From an uncultured bacterium (lineage in GTDB: Bacteria; Verrucomicrobiota; Kiritimatiellia; RFP12; UBA1067), in contig CACYQU010000003.1 of the NCBI GenBank assembly GCA_902776615.1, forward strand, positions 1,434 to 65,433: DNA of 64,000 bases. The letters run 5' to 3'. The position numbers were made by a program, and so were the translations under genes. Shown one piece after another: positions 19,463 through 30,337 of this stretch. Each line of letters starts with the position of its first letter. The first letter of the stretch is position 1. The notes under the pieces were generated by a model, which had not been told where the DNA came from, ran no database searches, and saw only the letters and a list, made by a program, of their open reading frames with translations.

Positions 19463-20746
19463 TCAGACCTTCTTGAAAACCAGTATTCCGTTGTGTCCGC
19501 CAAAGCCGAGCGAGCTTGAAAGCGCAACGCGTATATCGCGGGCGACGCCAACGTTGGGCGTGTAATTGAGATCGAGCGGCGTCTCGCCCTTCTCGACATC
19601 TACCTCGAGATCCGGCTTTTCGTAGTTGATTGTCGGCGGCACGAAGCCTTCCTTTATGGCAAGGGCAGTGATGGCAGCTTCTAGAGCGCCCGTTCCGCCG
19701 AGCAGGTGGCCGTGCATGGACTTGGTGGACGACACGTTGATCTTCTTGGCCCCTTCCTCGCCGAAGACGCGCTTGAAGGCCTTGGTCTCCATCTGGTCGT
19801 TGAGATGGGTCGAGGTTCCGTGGGCGTTGATGTAGTCTACGGTGGAGAGGTCTTCCACGCCAGCATCCTTGAGCGCGATGTCGATCGCCTTCACCGCACC
19901 GTCGCCGGACGGATCGGGCGCTGTGATGTGGAACGCGTCGGCGGTTGCGCCGTAGCCCGCGAGCTCGCAGTAGATGCGAGCCCCACGCGCCTTCGCATGC
20001 TCTTCGGATTCAAGTATGAGAACAGCCGCGCCTTCGCCCATCACGAATCCGTCGCGATCGGCGTTGAACGGACGCGACGACTTCTCGGGCGTGTCGTTGA
20101 AATGGGTGGAGAGGGCTTTCATCTTCATGAAACCGCCGATTGTGAACTCGAGAATCGACGCTTCGGTTCCGCCCGCGACCACTACGTCAGCTCGCCCGGC
20201 GCGAATCATATCCATCGCAAGGCCGAGCGCATCGGTGGAGCTGGCGCACGCCGTTACGACAACTTGGGCAGGTCCCTTGGTGCCGAGCGCGATGGAAACA
20301 TTGCCGGCAGCCTCGTTCGGAATGAGTTCCGGCACTGCAAGCGGCGAAAGTCTGTCGGGGCCGCGATCGAAAAGGATCTTGTAGTTGTCGCCGGTTATGT
20401 CGAGGCCGCCGATTCCATTGCCGATCATCGTGCCGACGCGATCCATGTCGGGCTTGTTGTCTTCGGTAAAGCCGGCGTCGCGCCACGCCTCTACGGCGGC
20501 CGCCACCGCATATTGGGAAAACAATGCCATGTGGCGCGCCTCGCGCTTGTCGATAAGGCCGCCATCAATGGCATACGCCTGAAAATCCTTCACCTCGCCG
20601 GCGACCTGGCAAGTGCAACGCGACGGGTCGAACTTGGCGATTCGGGAGATCCCCGACTTGCCAGACTTCACCGCATTCCAAACGGCATCTTTACCATTGC
20701 CACATCCACAGAGCATGCCAATGCCCGTTATCATCACTTTCTTCAT
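19463..20746 (-). CDS. fabF: 3-oxoacyl-ACP synthase II
   Basis: TACAS, NAHGTST, KSMHGHLLG, GFGGHN. Confidence 0.95.
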   Translation of the reverse strand: MKKVMITGIGMLCGCGNGKDAVWNAVKSGKSGISRIAKFDPSRCTCQVAGEVKDFQAYAIDGGLIDKREARHMALFSQYAVAAAVEAWRDAGFTEDNKPDMDRVGTMIGNGIGGLDITGDNYKILFDRGPDRLSPLAVPELIPNEAAGNVSIALGTKGPAQVVVTACASSTDALGLAMDMIRAGRADVVVAGGTEASILEFTIGGFMKMKALSTHFNDTPEKSSRPFNADRDGFVMGEGAAVLILESEEHAKARGARIYCELAGYGATADAFHITAPDPSGDGAVKAIDIALKDAGVEDLSTVDYINAHGTSTHLNDQMETKAFKRVFGEEGAKKINVSSTKSMHGHLLGGTGALEAAITALAIKEGFVPPTINYEKPDLEVDVEKGETPLDLNYTPNVGVARDIRVALSSSLGFGGHNGILVFKKV

Positions 20747-20795
20747 TGTGTACGTTCTCCCATTTCCGCCTTTAGAGTGGAATCTTTTGGCGCAT

Positions 20796-20804
20796 ATTAT
20801 ACCA
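20796..20804 (-). promoter_or_regulatory. Extended -10 promoter TGGTATAAT for fabF
   Basis: Exact TGnTATAAT in the polA-fabF intergenic gap. Confidence 0.6.
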
Positions 20805-20853
20805 AAATTTCACATAGCCCGCCGAACACCCCGCTACAGGCGGCGAGATTGAA

Positions 20854-23574
20854 TCAATGGGCCGAGAGCCAGTCGCGGCCTACGCCTATGCCGACCTCAA
20901 GCGGAACGCCGAAATCCAGCGCCGTCGTCATCTCGCGGCGGACGATCTCTTTCAAACGCTCCACCTCGTCGAGCGGAGTATCAAACACGAGTTCGTCGTG
21001 TATCTGCAAAACCATCTTCGCGCGCAACCGTTCCGCCTTTATGGCACGGTCCACCTTGACCATCGCTACCTTTATCAAATCAGCCGCAGAACCTTGGATT
21101 GGCGTATTTATGGCATCGCGCTCAGCCGCCTGACGCGCAGTCGCGTTTCGCGAATTAATGTCGCGCAAGGTTCGCCGTCGCCCGAGAACCGTCGTGGCGA
21201 ATCCGTTTTCGCGAGCCTTGGCGATAGCAAAATCCATGTACTCGCGAACCTTCGGATAAAGCTTGAAATATGTCTCTATGAGATCGCCCGCCTCGCGTCT
21301 CGAAACACCCAGTCTCTGCGAAAGTCCAAACGCCGATATGCCGTAGATTATGCCGAAGTTGACCATCTTGCACTTCGCGCGCATCTCCGGCGTTACGAAA
21401 GCAGGCATTACGTCGTACACACGGCTGGCGGTGTCGCGATGGATGTCTTCACCGTTTCTGAACGCGGCGAGCATTGCCTCGTCCTTGGAGAACGCGGCCA
21501 TCAGCCTCAACTCTATCTGCGAATAGTCCGCCGACACTATCGCGTGACGCTCGTCGCGCGCGACGAACGCCTTTCTGATCATCTTGCCGCGCTCGGTGCG
21601 GATTGGTATGTTCTGCAGGTTCGGGTCGGACGAACTCAAGCGCCCGGTCTCCGTGAACGCCTGCGAATATGTCGTGTGCACGCGTCCATTCTCGTCTATC
21701 AGCGTCGGCAGCTTGTCCACGTATGTCGACTTGAGCTTGGCACACGCACGATACTCCAGGATCTTCTTGACTACAGGATGGTCGTTGACGAGCTTGGCAA
21801 GAGTCTTTTCGTCAGTCGACCAATTTCCCGTCGACGTCTTCTTCGATGCGCCAGAATTCAGCCCCAGCCGCCCGAAGAGGAACTCGCCGAGCTGCTTTGG
21901 ACTATCCACATTTAGACCCGGTCCGGCATACTGGAGGATATCCTGCACAAGGCCAAGTATCTCGCGATCCAGCGCTTCGCCGTATTCCTTCAGAGCATCG
22001 ACGTCGATCTTAACGCCCTCGCGCTCCATATCGATGAGCACCTTCACAAGCGGCTCTTCGACTTCGGCGAGCGCCTTCGCCGCCCCGGACTCTTCAACCT
22101 TCGGGCGCAGCGCGTCGTCGAGTCTGAGCGTGACATCGGCGTCTTCGGCGGCGTAGTCGCGAATCTCCTCCGGCTTTAGCGCCGCCATCGAAAGCTGGCT
22201 CTTGCCGCGTCCGCGCTCGCCTATCAAAGCCTCGATAGGTATGGGCTTGTAGCCGAGAAACTGCACAGCGAGCGCGTCCATACCGTGACGCGCGGCAGCA
22301 TCAAGGCAATAGTGCTCGAGCATAGTGTCGCGCGGGATGGACGCGAAACCGATTCCGTATCGGTGAAGAACGGATCTGTCGAATTTCACATTGTGGCCGA
22401 CAAAAACCTTCGTCGGGTCGGCGAAGAGCGGACGGAACACGTCTATCTGGTCTGCCGTGACATACCACGCCTTCCCAGGCTCCGTGGCGAACGAAAAGCC
22501 CACAAGCTTGCAGAAGTGGGCCTCTGTGGAGTCGTGGTCCTCGACCGCAGCAGTCTCGGTGTCGAACGCGATCCGCGACTCCTTCATAAGCTCCACCAGA
22601 AGCTCCCTGGCGCCAGCCTCGTCGCTGACTAGCCGATAGTCGTGCGGAAACTCCGCGAGCGACGCGACCTTCGCCGAGCCCGGCTCCGCGGACGCTTCAG
22701 GCGCGGCGTCGCCGAGGAGCGCCTTCGCAAGGCGCGTCAGCTCGAACTTTGCGCACACGGCGGCGAGCTTTTCGGGATCTGCCCCTGCGAAGCGGTAGTC
22801 GTTCCAATCAGGCTCTATCGGCACGTCGGTGCGTATCGTCGCGAGGAATTTCGACATACGCGCGTCTTCTACCCCGAGCGCCACCTTTTCGCCGAGTTTC
22901 CCCTTTATCTTCTGCGCGCCCGCGATTATGCCCTCTACGTCGCCGAAGCGCGAAAGAAGGTCGGCCGCAGTCTTCTCGCCGACCCCGCGTATTCCCGGTA
23001 TGTTGTCTGATGAATCGCCCGCGAGCGCGAGATAGTCGATCATCTGTCGCGGCTCGCGCAGATGCCAATGTCCGCAGACCTTTGCCGTATCGTATATCTC
23101 GGCGTCTTCGCCGGCGTGAGACGGACGATACAGGCTTACGCCCGGACGGACAAGCTGTGCCGCGTCTTTGTCAGGCGTGGCCATGTATACGTCGAATCCG
23201 GCTTCCGCGCCTTTCACGGCCAGAGTGCCCATTACATCGTCGGCCTCGAAACCTTCGACCCGCACCACCGGTATTCGCAAGGCCTCGGCCAGTTCGAATG
23301 CGTAGGGAATGGACGCTGCGAGATCTTCGGGCATCTTCTGGCGTTGCGCCTTGTAGGGCGGATACGCCTCATGGCGGAACGTAGGCCCGCCAGGATCCAT
23401 CGCAAGCACCACATGCGTCGGCCGCTCCTTCTTCAGTATGGACGTCAACCCGCTCGCAAGGCCCAGCAACGCCGACGTGTTGATGCCGCTCGATGTCATG
23501 CGCGGATTCCTGAGGAACACGAAATGCCCCTTGTAGAGAAACGGCATCATGTCGATTATGAAGAGCTTGTTCAT
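20854..23574 (-). CDS. polA: DNA polymerase I
   Basis: 5'-3' exonuclease (FEADD, GDSSDNIPG), 3'-5' exonuclease AFDTET, TGRLSS.DPNLQNIP, DYSQIELR, QIHDEL. Confidence 0.97.
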   Translation of the reverse strand: MNKLFIIDMMPFLYKGHFVFLRNPRMTSSGINTSALLGLASGLTSILKKERPTHVVLAMDPGGPTFRHEAYPPYKAQRQKMPEDLAASIPYAFELAEALRIPVVRVEGFEADDVMGTLAVKGAEAGFDVYMATPDKDAAQLVRPGVSLYRPSHAGEDAEIYDTAKVCGHWHLREPRQMIDYLALAGDSSDNIPGIRGVGEKTAADLLSRFGDVEGIIAGAQKIKGKLGEKVALGVEDARMSKFLATIRTDVPIEPDWNDYRFAGADPEKLAAVCAKFELTRLAKALLGDAAPEASAEPGSAKVASLAEFPHDYRLVSDEAGARELLVELMKESRIAFDTETAAVEDHDSTEAHFCKLVGFSFATEPGKAWYVTADQIDVFRPLFADPTKVFVGHNVKFDRSVLHRYGIGFASIPRDTMLEHYCLDAAARHGMDALAVQFLGYKPIPIEALIGERGRGKSQLSMAALKPEEIRDYAAEDADVTLRLDDALRPKVEESGAAKALAEVEEPLVKVLIDMEREGVKIDVDALKEYGEALDREILGLVQDILQYAGPGLNVDSPKQLGEFLFGRLGLNSGASKKTSTGNWSTDEKTLAKLVNDHPVVKKILEYRACAKLKSTYVDKLPTLIDENGRVHTTYSQAFTETGRLSSSDPNLQNIPIRTERGKMIRKAFVARDERHAIVSADYSQIELRLMAAFSKDEAMLAAFRNGEDIHRDTASRVYDVMPAFVTPEMRAKCKMVNFGIIYGISAFGLSQRLGVSRREAGDLIETYFKLYPKVREYMDFAIAKARENGFATTVLGRRRTLRDINSRNATARQAAERDAINTPIQGSAADLIKVAMVKVDRAIKAERLRAKMVLQIHDELVFDTPLDEVERLKEIVRREMTTALDFGVPLEVGIGVGRDWLSAH

Positions 23575-24434
23575 TTGAAGAGTCCCAGATACCAGGTGAC
23601 GAGTTCGGCGCCGAAGAACATCCACGCCAGACAGCCGAGGCAGATGTAAGGCCCGTAAGGAATCGCGACGAACCGGCCGAACTTCGCCTTAGAAGCGAGA
23701 ATCATTCCAAGACCGACAATCGAGCCGAACACCGAAGAAAGCATGATAACCGCCAAAACCGCCTCTGGACCGAACAAAGCGCCAACAGCCCCCATGAGCA
23801 GAACATCACCCATCCCCATCGCCTCTCGCTTGAAGGCTTTCGAGCCAAGCCATCTCACAAGCCACATTAGCCCGAAGCCGAAGGCTAGCCCGACGAGGGA
23901 GTGGATGATTGGCGCGAGTTTGGCCCACACCGATGCACCGAGACCCGAGCCATATGCGAAATTGAAGCCACTAAACACCGCAGCTTCGGCGACGCCGAGA
24001 ATCATACCGCCGACTGTCGTGAAGTCTGGCAGAAGCTGCAGGTCGAAGTCTATGAACGAGCCGACGATCATCAGCGATATCCATATCCACATCACCAGCA
24101 GATGCACTACCGAAATCCATATTGGAACCTGCGGCATCCACAGCCGCAGAAACGCCGCGAGGAAAAGCGCGCCGCCAAGAGCCTCGACGCATACGTAGCG
24201 CGGCGAAATCGGCTCGCGGCACGCGGCGCATCTGCCGCGCAAGGCGAGCCACGATATTATAGGAATGTTCTGCCACCACTTTATCGGCGCGTTGCATTTC
24301 GGACAATGGGACGGCGGACTCACTATCGACTCGCCGCGCGGCACGCGCCATATTACGACGTTGAGGAACGACGCTATGCAGGCGCCAAGCCAGAAGGAGA
24401 AGAACGCGAGAACAGGTATCAATTCACGCACCAT
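23571..24434 (-). CDS. pilD: Prepilin peptidase / N-methyltransferase (A24)
   Basis: SFLNVVIWRVP, SHCPKC, GRCAAC, MGMGD, PYGPY. Confidence 0.9.
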   Translation of the reverse strand: MVRELIPVLAFFSFWLGACIASFLNVVIWRVPRGESIVSPPSHCPKCNAPIKWWQNIPIISWLALRGRCAACREPISPRYVCVEALGGALFLAAFLRLWMPQVPIWISVVHLLVMWIWISLMIVGSFIDFDLQLLPDFTTVGGMILGVAEAAVFSGFNFAYGSGLGASVWAKLAPIIHSLVGLAFGFGLMWLVRWLGSKAFKREAMGMGDVLLMGAVGALFGPEAVLAVIMLSSVFGSIVGLGMILASKAKFGRFVAIPYGPYICLGCLAWMFFGAELVTWYLGLFK

Positions 24435-24439
24435 CACTG

Positions 24440-25426
24440 CTACTCGCTCTTCAGCGACCTGCTCATGACCGTCTCGGCAGCCTTTCGCGCATCGGCGTTC
24501 TGATAGCATACCGCGTAGACAAGGTCGCATATCGGCATCTCTACGCCGAGCCGCGACGAGAGGTCGTGGACGACTTTCGAGTTCCACACGCCCTCGGCCA
24601 CCATCTGCATCGAGCCGAGGATGTCGCCTATCTTCTCGCCGCGTCCGAGACGCTCGCCGACGGAGTGGTTTCGCGAATGCACCGACGTGCACGTTACTAT
24701 CAAATCGCCGATTCCCGCAAGTCCCGAAAGCGTCTCGGGGCTGCCGCCGTAAGCGAGAACGAACCGCTTCATCTCTGCTAGGCCGCGAGTGATCAGCGCC
24801 GCACGGGTGTTGTCGCCGAAGCCCATTCCATCCGAGCAGCCTACGGCTATCGCTATCACGTTCTTCACCGCGCCGCCGATCTCTACGCCCGCCGGATCGC
24901 GCGACGTGTACACGCGGAAGGTCGGCCCGGACCAAAGCTCCTGCACGCGCTTCGCCTTCGCCTCGTCCGCACACGCGGCGACTATAGCCGTTGGTATTCC
25001 GCGACTCACCTCTTCGGCATGTGTCGGGCCGGCGAGCGCCACTACATCCTTTACGCCGAGTATCTCGGACGCTAGAACGGTCATGCGCTTGTCGGTCTTC
25101 TCGCAAAGCCCCTTCGTGAGCGATACGACAAGATGACGTTCGTCCACGAGCCCCTTGAAACCCTCTGCGACGGACGCGAAATACTTCGACGGCGGCGCCA
25201 GTACTACAACCTCCGCGCCGGCCACCGCCTCTGCACGGTCAGCAGTGAGCTTGAGCGAATTAGGCAGTTCGACACCCTTCAGAAACTTCTCGTTGCGACG
25301 CGTGCGGCGCATCTCGTCGACATAGTCCGGAAACGCGCCCCAGAGCGTCACATCATGTCCGCGACCGCAGAGAAGCATCGCATTTGCGGTTCCCCACCCT
25401 CCGTCGCCTATTACCGCAATCTTCAT
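24440..25426 (-). CDS. gpsA: NAD(P)H-dependent glycerol-3-phosphate dehydrogenase
   Basis: MKIAVIGDGGWGTA, TKG, GPTHAEEV, KNVIAI, GLAGIGDLIVTC, SRN. Confidence 0.95.
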   Translation of the reverse strand: MKIAVIGDGGWGTANAMLLCGRGHDVTLWGAFPDYVDEMRRTRRNEKFLKGVELPNSLKLTADRAEAVAGAEVVVLAPPSKYFASVAEGFKGLVDERHLVVSLTKGLCEKTDKRMTVLASEILGVKDVVALAGPTHAEEVSRGIPTAIVAACADEAKAKRVQELWSGPTFRVYTSRDPAGVEIGGAVKNVIAIAVGCSDGMGFGDNTRAALITRGLAEMKRFVLAYGGSPETLSGLAGIGDLIVTCTSVHSRNHSVGERLGRGEKIGDILGSMQMVAEGVWNSKVVHDLSSRLGVEMPICDLVYAVCYQNADARKAAETVMSRSLKSE

Positions 25427-26619
25427 AGCAGGTGCCCCATCTTTTCTTTTTTCGTGTCGAGATAGCGCTTGTCGTGCGCATTCGCGGGTATGACTATCGG
25501 GACACGTTCGGTTATCTCTATTCCGTAGCCGCAAAGCCCCTTGACCTTGCAGGGATTGTTCGTCATGAGCCTCACCTTCTTCAGCCCGAGATCCGCGAGA
25601 ATCTGCGCGCCTTCGCCGTAGTCGCGAAGATCCGGCGCGAAGCCGAGCGCGATGTTGGCCTCGACGGTATCCATCCCCTGCTCCTGCTTTTTGTAGGCGT
25701 GCAGTTTGTTCGCAAGGCCTATCCCGCGTCCTTCCTGGCGCATGTAGAGAACGACTCCGCGCCCCGCCTTCTCGACCATCTCCATTGCGGCGTGAAGCTG
25801 CGGACCGCAATCGCAGCGCTCGCTTCCCAGCACGTCGCCGGTGAAGCATTCCGAATGCACTCGCACAAGCGCCGGTTCATCGCCCGAAAGATCGCCCTTC
25901 ACAAGCGCGAGGTGCTCAAGCCCCGTGATTCGGCTGCGGTACATCTTGAGCCTGAAGTGTCCGTGGTCGGTCGGCAGGTCAACCTCCTCGACCGGTTCCA
26001 CGAGCCTATCGCGGTGACGACGATAGGCGATAAGATCGGCGATGCACATGAGCTTGAGTTTGTGCGTCTTCGCAAACTCCGCTATGTCGGGCAGTCGCGC
26101 CATAGTACCGTCGTCCTTCATGACCTCGCAGCACAGGCCGACTTCCTCCAGTCCGGCGAGACGGCAAAGATCCACCGTCGCCTCGGTGTGTCCGGCACGC
26201 TTCAAAACGCCGCCAGCCCGCGCTTCAAGCGGAAACATGTGGCCGGGCCTGCGGAAATCCTCCGGCTTTGCGCCCTCGCGTATGCACGCGCGGGCAGTCA
26301 CGGCGCGCTCCTCGGCGGAAATGCCCGTTGTGGTCGAAACGGCGTCGATCGAAACCGTGAATGCGGTCGAATGGTTGTCTGTGTTCTCGGCCACCATCTG
26401 GGGCAGGTCGAGCCGCCTGCACCACTCGGCGCTCATCGGCATGCATATCAGCCCTTTGGCGTAGCTCGCCATGAAGTTCACGTTCTCGCGCGTCGCAAAA
26501 CGCGCCGCGCAGACGCAGTCGCCCTCGTTCTCGCGGTCGGCGTCGTCGGTGACAAGAATTATCTCGCCGTTCCTCAGCGCCTCAAGGCACTCTTCGACTG
26601 TGTTGAAGTCAACGTCCAT
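25423..26619 (-). CDS. ribBA: Bifunctional DHBP synthase / GTP cyclohydrolase II
   Basis: DDADRENEGD, GHTEA, RVHSECFTGD, RCDCG, QEGRGIG. Confidence 0.96.
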   Translation of the reverse strand: MDVDFNTVEECLEALRNGEIILVTDDADRENEGDCVCAARFATRENVNFMASYAKGLICMPMSAEWCRRLDLPQMVAENTDNHSTAFTVSIDAVSTTTGISAEERAVTARACIREGAKPEDFRRPGHMFPLEARAGGVLKRAGHTEATVDLCRLAGLEEVGLCCEVMKDDGTMARLPDIAEFAKTHKLKLMCIADLIAYRRHRDRLVEPVEEVDLPTDHGHFRLKMYRSRITGLEHLALVKGDLSGDEPALVRVHSECFTGDVLGSERCDCGPQLHAAMEMVEKAGRGVVLYMRQEGRGIGLANKLHAYKKQEQGMDTVEANIALGFAPDLRDYGEGAQILADLGLKKVRLMTNNPCKVKGLCGYGIEITERVPIVIPANAHDKRYLDTKKEKMGHLL

Positions 26620-26625
26620 TCCTGT

Positions 26626-27699
26626 TCAATTCCCTTCTGCACTCTTGCCGCCGTTCTTGCGCCCGTAGCTTCCGTTCGCCACGGCGGATGTGACGCGGCC
26701 TTCAGGCGGCAGGTCTTCACGCGATTTTCCGCACGCGGCAAGAACCTTGTCGGTTGTCTGGAAATGCGTCTTGCAGTGGTTCATCAACCACACCGGCCCC
26801 TCCTTGCGAACCATTTCCTCGGCGAGCGCCCTCACGCGCGGGTCGCTCGACCCGGCGGGCACGTTCTCGCGGCCCTCCGCCGGAGGGCCAAACACCTCCT
26901 CGCCCATTTTGGCGATGTCCCGCAAAAACAGTTCGCGCGCTATGACCGACGCAGCGGCCACTGCGATGTCGCTTTCGGCCTTATGGCGCTGCTCGACCGT
27001 GGCCTTTTTGCCGAGCGGCTTCAGCGCGCGCTTGATCGTCGCTTCGGTCGGCGCGAACTGGTCCACCACCACGCGATTGCACCCCTGGCGCTTCTCGAGA
27101 AGCTCTTCGATCGCGGTTCCGTGCGCCCAGGCGAGCATCCGGTTTATGTTGTGCATCTTGGCGTAAAGGCGGTTGTACGCCGCGGGGCCGAGCTTCACCA
27201 CCGCATATCCCGATTGGCCAAGCAGCGCGCGCAGTTTCGCGCCGGTCGTCAACACGGCCTTGTCGCTCATCTGCTTGCAGTCCCTCACGCCGAGTTTCTG
27301 CATCTCGGCGGAAAGCGCCTCGTCGGTGTAGGCGCAGCATACGACCAACGGCCCGAAATAGTCGCCCTTTCCCGATTCGTCGCTTCCGGCGTGAGCCGAG
27401 ACGAGCTCGGGGTTCAGAACCGTCTCGTAGCCGAGCGTAGCCGACATGAGCACATTCGGCTCCAGCACGAAAAGCACAAAGTCCTCGGCCTTGGAACCTT
27501 GTATGCAAAGCTTGCGCCGGCCATGCTTCTCCTTGGAATAAAGCGTGGCGTTGAAGTGATCGCCCTCTATGGACCAAAGGGAGTATGGGACCTCGCGCCT
27601 GCGATAGTTGCCGTTGACCATGATTCCAAGCAGAATCTCCTGCTGGTCTTCGGTCAGCTCGTAGGTAAACGTCGTTTTCTTTGTCTGTTCGGAATCCAT
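26626..27699 (-). CDS. rnhC: Ribonuclease HIII
   Basis: N-terminal TBP-like domain (KLCIQG), GSDESGKGDYFGPL, DQF, VAAASVIAR, KTHF. Confidence 0.93.
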   Translation of the reverse strand: MDSEQTKKTTFTYELTEDQQEILLGIMVNGNYRRREVPYSLWSIEGDHFNATLYSKEKHGRRKLCIQGSKAEDFVLFVLEPNVLMSATLGYETVLNPELVSAHAGSDESGKGDYFGPLVVCCAYTDEALSAEMQKLGVRDCKQMSDKAVLTTGAKLRALLGQSGYAVVKLGPAAYNRLYAKMHNINRMLAWAHGTAIEELLEKRQGCNRVVVDQFAPTEATIKRALKPLGKKATVEQRHKAESDIAVAAASVIARELFLRDIAKMGEEVFGPPAEGRENVPAGSSDPRVRALAEEMVRKEGPVWLMNHCKTHFQTTDKVLAACGKSREDLPPEGRVTSAVANGSYGRKNGGKSAEGN

Positions 27700-27774
27700 C
27701 ACACTTGAGATGTAATGATACCATATTCCCGCGTGCGCACGCAAGTGCAGCGGCCCGTCGAGCCGCGCCACCGC

Positions 27775-29100
27775 TCATGCAGGGACGGCGACGAGTGTCT
27801 GCGCGTGAGCCTCGGTTATGCGCAGCCTGACGATGGAACCGGCCCTCGGCGGAACCTCCCCCGGCGGAACCTCCCACACCACAATCCGGTTGCCGCCGTC
27901 GCGACCGGACCAACGCGCCTTGTTGCGCTTCGACGGACCCTCCGCCATCACTTCACGCACCGTCCCCACAAGCAGCGAATTTCTCTCCAGCCCGCGACGC
28001 TCCTGGTCGGCGAGCAGCACCTGGTCGCGGCGTTCCTTCTCCGCCATCGGCACATCGTCCGGCCGGGCCGCACTGCGCGTTCCAGGGCGGGGCGAATACT
28101 TGAAGATGAACGAATTGTCGAATCCGGCCTCGTCCATAAGCGACCTGGTAGCCTCGAAATCCTCTTCAGTTTCGCCCGGATAGCCCACGATCACATCCGT
28201 CGTAAGCGCAAACTCCGCATCGAATTCCCTCAGTTTTGCAACCGCCGCCAGATACTCGGCGCGAGTGTAGTGGCGGCCCATGTCCGCAAGTATGCGGTCG
28301 CTGCCGGACTGCACCGGCAGGTGCAGATGGCGGCATATCTGCGGAAACTCCCTGTACGCCCTCACAAGCTCGTCGGTGCATCCCTTTGGATGGGCCGATG
28401 TGAAGCGTATGCGCCGAAGTCCGTCGATGGCGGCCAGCGCCTCCAGCAGGCGAGGGAACGCCTCGGCATAACCCCCGGGGCTGGGCGCGTCGGATCCGTC
28501 CCATGCGGCGTTCCTCACCCCGTAGCGAAGAACGCTCTGCCCCAGAAGACACACTTCCTTCACGCCGTGCGCAACGAGCGAACGCACCTCCGCCACAATC
28601 TCTCGCGCGGGACGCGAATACTCGTGGCCTCGAACGTCTGGCACGATGCAATAACTGCACCTGTTGTCGCAACCTACAAGTATTGTTACGAACGCCTGCA
28701 CACCTCCCTCTACATGAGAGGCAAGAGCCTCGGACATCATCTCCTCGCCCAGCTCCAGCCGCGGGAAGCATCCGTCGGCGACGATTTTCGGTATAAGGCC
28801 AATCGCCCGCGGACCAACTGCGAAGTCCAGCCTAGGCAGGCGCTTGAAGACGTCTTCGCCGAGCCTCTTCACGGCGCATCCCATGAGACCCGTCAGCTTC
28901 CCGGCGGCGCAGAGGTTGCCAGTCTTGCCGACGGCTTTCTCTTCGGCCTTCTGGCGCACGGTGCAGCTGTTCACGATCACAAGCTCCGCCTCGGCCTCGC
29001 TCGCCGCCTTTTCGTGTCCGGCGGCGACAAGCATGGCTTCAACGGCCTCCGAGTCGCGCACGTTCATCTGGCAGCCGTACGTATGCACGAGAAACTTCAT
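27775..29100 (-). CDS. miaB: tRNA-2-methylthio-N6-dimethylallyladenosine synthase
   Basis: TYGCQMNVRDSE, GCDNRCSYCIVP, HLPVQSGS, YSPRPGT, TRAM domain. Confidence 0.94.
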   Translation of the reverse strand: MKFLVHTYGCQMNVRDSEAVEAMLVAAGHEKAASEAEAELVIVNSCTVRQKAEEKAVGKTGNLCAAGKLTGLMGCAVKRLGEDVFKRLPRLDFAVGPRAIGLIPKIVADGCFPRLELGEEMMSEALASHVEGGVQAFVTILVGCDNRCSYCIVPDVRGHEYSRPAREIVAEVRSLVAHGVKEVCLLGQSVLRYGVRNAAWDGSDAPSPGGYAEAFPRLLEALAAIDGLRRIRFTSAHPKGCTDELVRAYREFPQICRHLHLPVQSGSDRILADMGRHYTRAEYLAAVAKLREFDAEFALTTDVIVGYPGETEEDFEATRSLMDEAGFDNSFIFKYSPRPGTRSAARPDDVPMAEKERRDQVLLADQERRGLERNSLLVGTVREVMAEGPSKRNKARWSGRDGGNRIVVWEVPPGEVPPRAGSIVRLRITEAHAQTLVAVPA

Positions 29101-30311
29101 CTGACAACTCCGTCGCCGGTCACAACGTATTTGTATGTCGTAAGTTCTTCCAGGCCCATCGGCCCGCGGGCGTGAAGTTTGTCGGTCGAAATGCCGATTT
29201 CGGCGCCCATTCCGAACTCTGCGCCATCGGTGAAGCGCGTCGAGACGTTGTGGTATACGCACGCCGAATCGACGTCGCGCATAAACTCCGCCGCGCGAGC
29301 CTCGTCGCTCGTCACGATGCAGTCGGAATGGTGGGACGAGTTGGCGTTTATGAAGTCTATCGCAGCGCGATAGTCGGCAACCGTCGCAACATTCAAGTCG
29401 AGCGAGAGGTACTCCACTCCTGCGCCATCTTCGTGCAACGCAACTCCGCTGCCCTTCGCCCACGCCCTGACCATCGGCAGGAACAGCGGCGCGAGCTTCT
29501 CGTGCACGAGCAGGCATTCCGCCGCGTTGCATGCGGAGGGACGCTGGACCTTTGCGTTGTCGAGAATCGAAAGCGCCATCGCGAGATCGGCCTTGTCGTC
29601 AACATAGATGTGGCACACCCCCTTGTAGTGCTTCAAGACAGGTATCAGCGCGGCTTCGCACATTGCGCGTATCAGCCGCTCGCCGCCGCGCGGTATCGCC
29701 ACGTCCACAAGCCCGACGGCTCTCACAAGTTCTGCCACTATCGCGTGGTCGGTGGTCTCCACAAGCTGAACGGCGTTCGCGATTCCGCCCGGCCTCGCCG
29801 CAAGCGCGGCGGCGACGACCTTGGCGAGGGCCTTGTTTGAGCGAAGCGCCTCCTTGCCGCCGCGAAGGATTATCGCATTCCCCGTCTTCAGGCACAGCGC
29901 TGCCGTATCGACGAACACGTTCGGACGCGACTCGAAGACTACCGCCACAACGCCGAACGGCTCTCTCACCTTCCGAATCGTAATGCCGCTCGGCCGCTCC
30001 CTCGTCCAGATCGTTTCGCCCACGGGGTCAGGCAGCCCGGCGACCTGCCTCACGCCGTCCACCATCGAGCCGTAGCGCGCGTCGGTGAGCGTAAGCCTGT
30101 CGACCATCGCTTCGCTTATGCCGGCGGATCTCGCGCTGGCGACGTCTTCGGCATTGGCGGCGAAGACGTCCCCCTTGGCCGCGTCGAGCGCGTCGGCTAT
30201 CGCGAGCAGAGCCGCGTTCTTTTCCGCCGAATCCAGTCTGCGAAGCGCCGCGGCGGCCGCGCGCGCCTTGAGCGCCATTTCATGGACAATCTGGTTTGCC
30301 GTTTCCTGCAT
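29097..30311 (-). CDS. proA: Gamma-glutamyl phosphate reductase
   Basis: FESRPNV, LRGGKEA, RPSACNA, NVSTRFTDG, ISTDKLHARGPMGL. Confidence 0.95.
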   Translation of the reverse strand: MQETANQIVHEMALKARAAAAALRRLDSAEKNAALLAIADALDAAKGDVFAANAEDVASARSAGISEAMVDRLTLTDARYGSMVDGVRQVAGLPDPVGETIWTRERPSGITIRKVREPFGVVAVVFESRPNVFVDTAALCLKTGNAIILRGGKEALRSNKALAKVVAAALAARPGGIANAVQLVETTDHAIVAELVRAVGLVDVAIPRGGERLIRAMCEAALIPVLKHYKGVCHIYVDDKADLAMALSILDNAKVQRPSACNAAECLLVHEKLAPLFLPMVRAWAKGSGVALHEDGAGVEYLSLDLNVATVADYRAAIDFINANSSHHSDCIVTSDEARAAEFMRDVDSACVYHNVSTRFTDGAEFGMGAEIGISTDKLHARGPMGLEELTTYKYVVTGDGVVR

Positions 30312-30337
30312 GATGCCGTTCCTTTCTGCGCCACCGT

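Noticed and set aside
26620-26700. FMN riboswitch upstream of ribBA
   Set aside because: Only 6 nt separate rnhC and ribBA; no room or motif.
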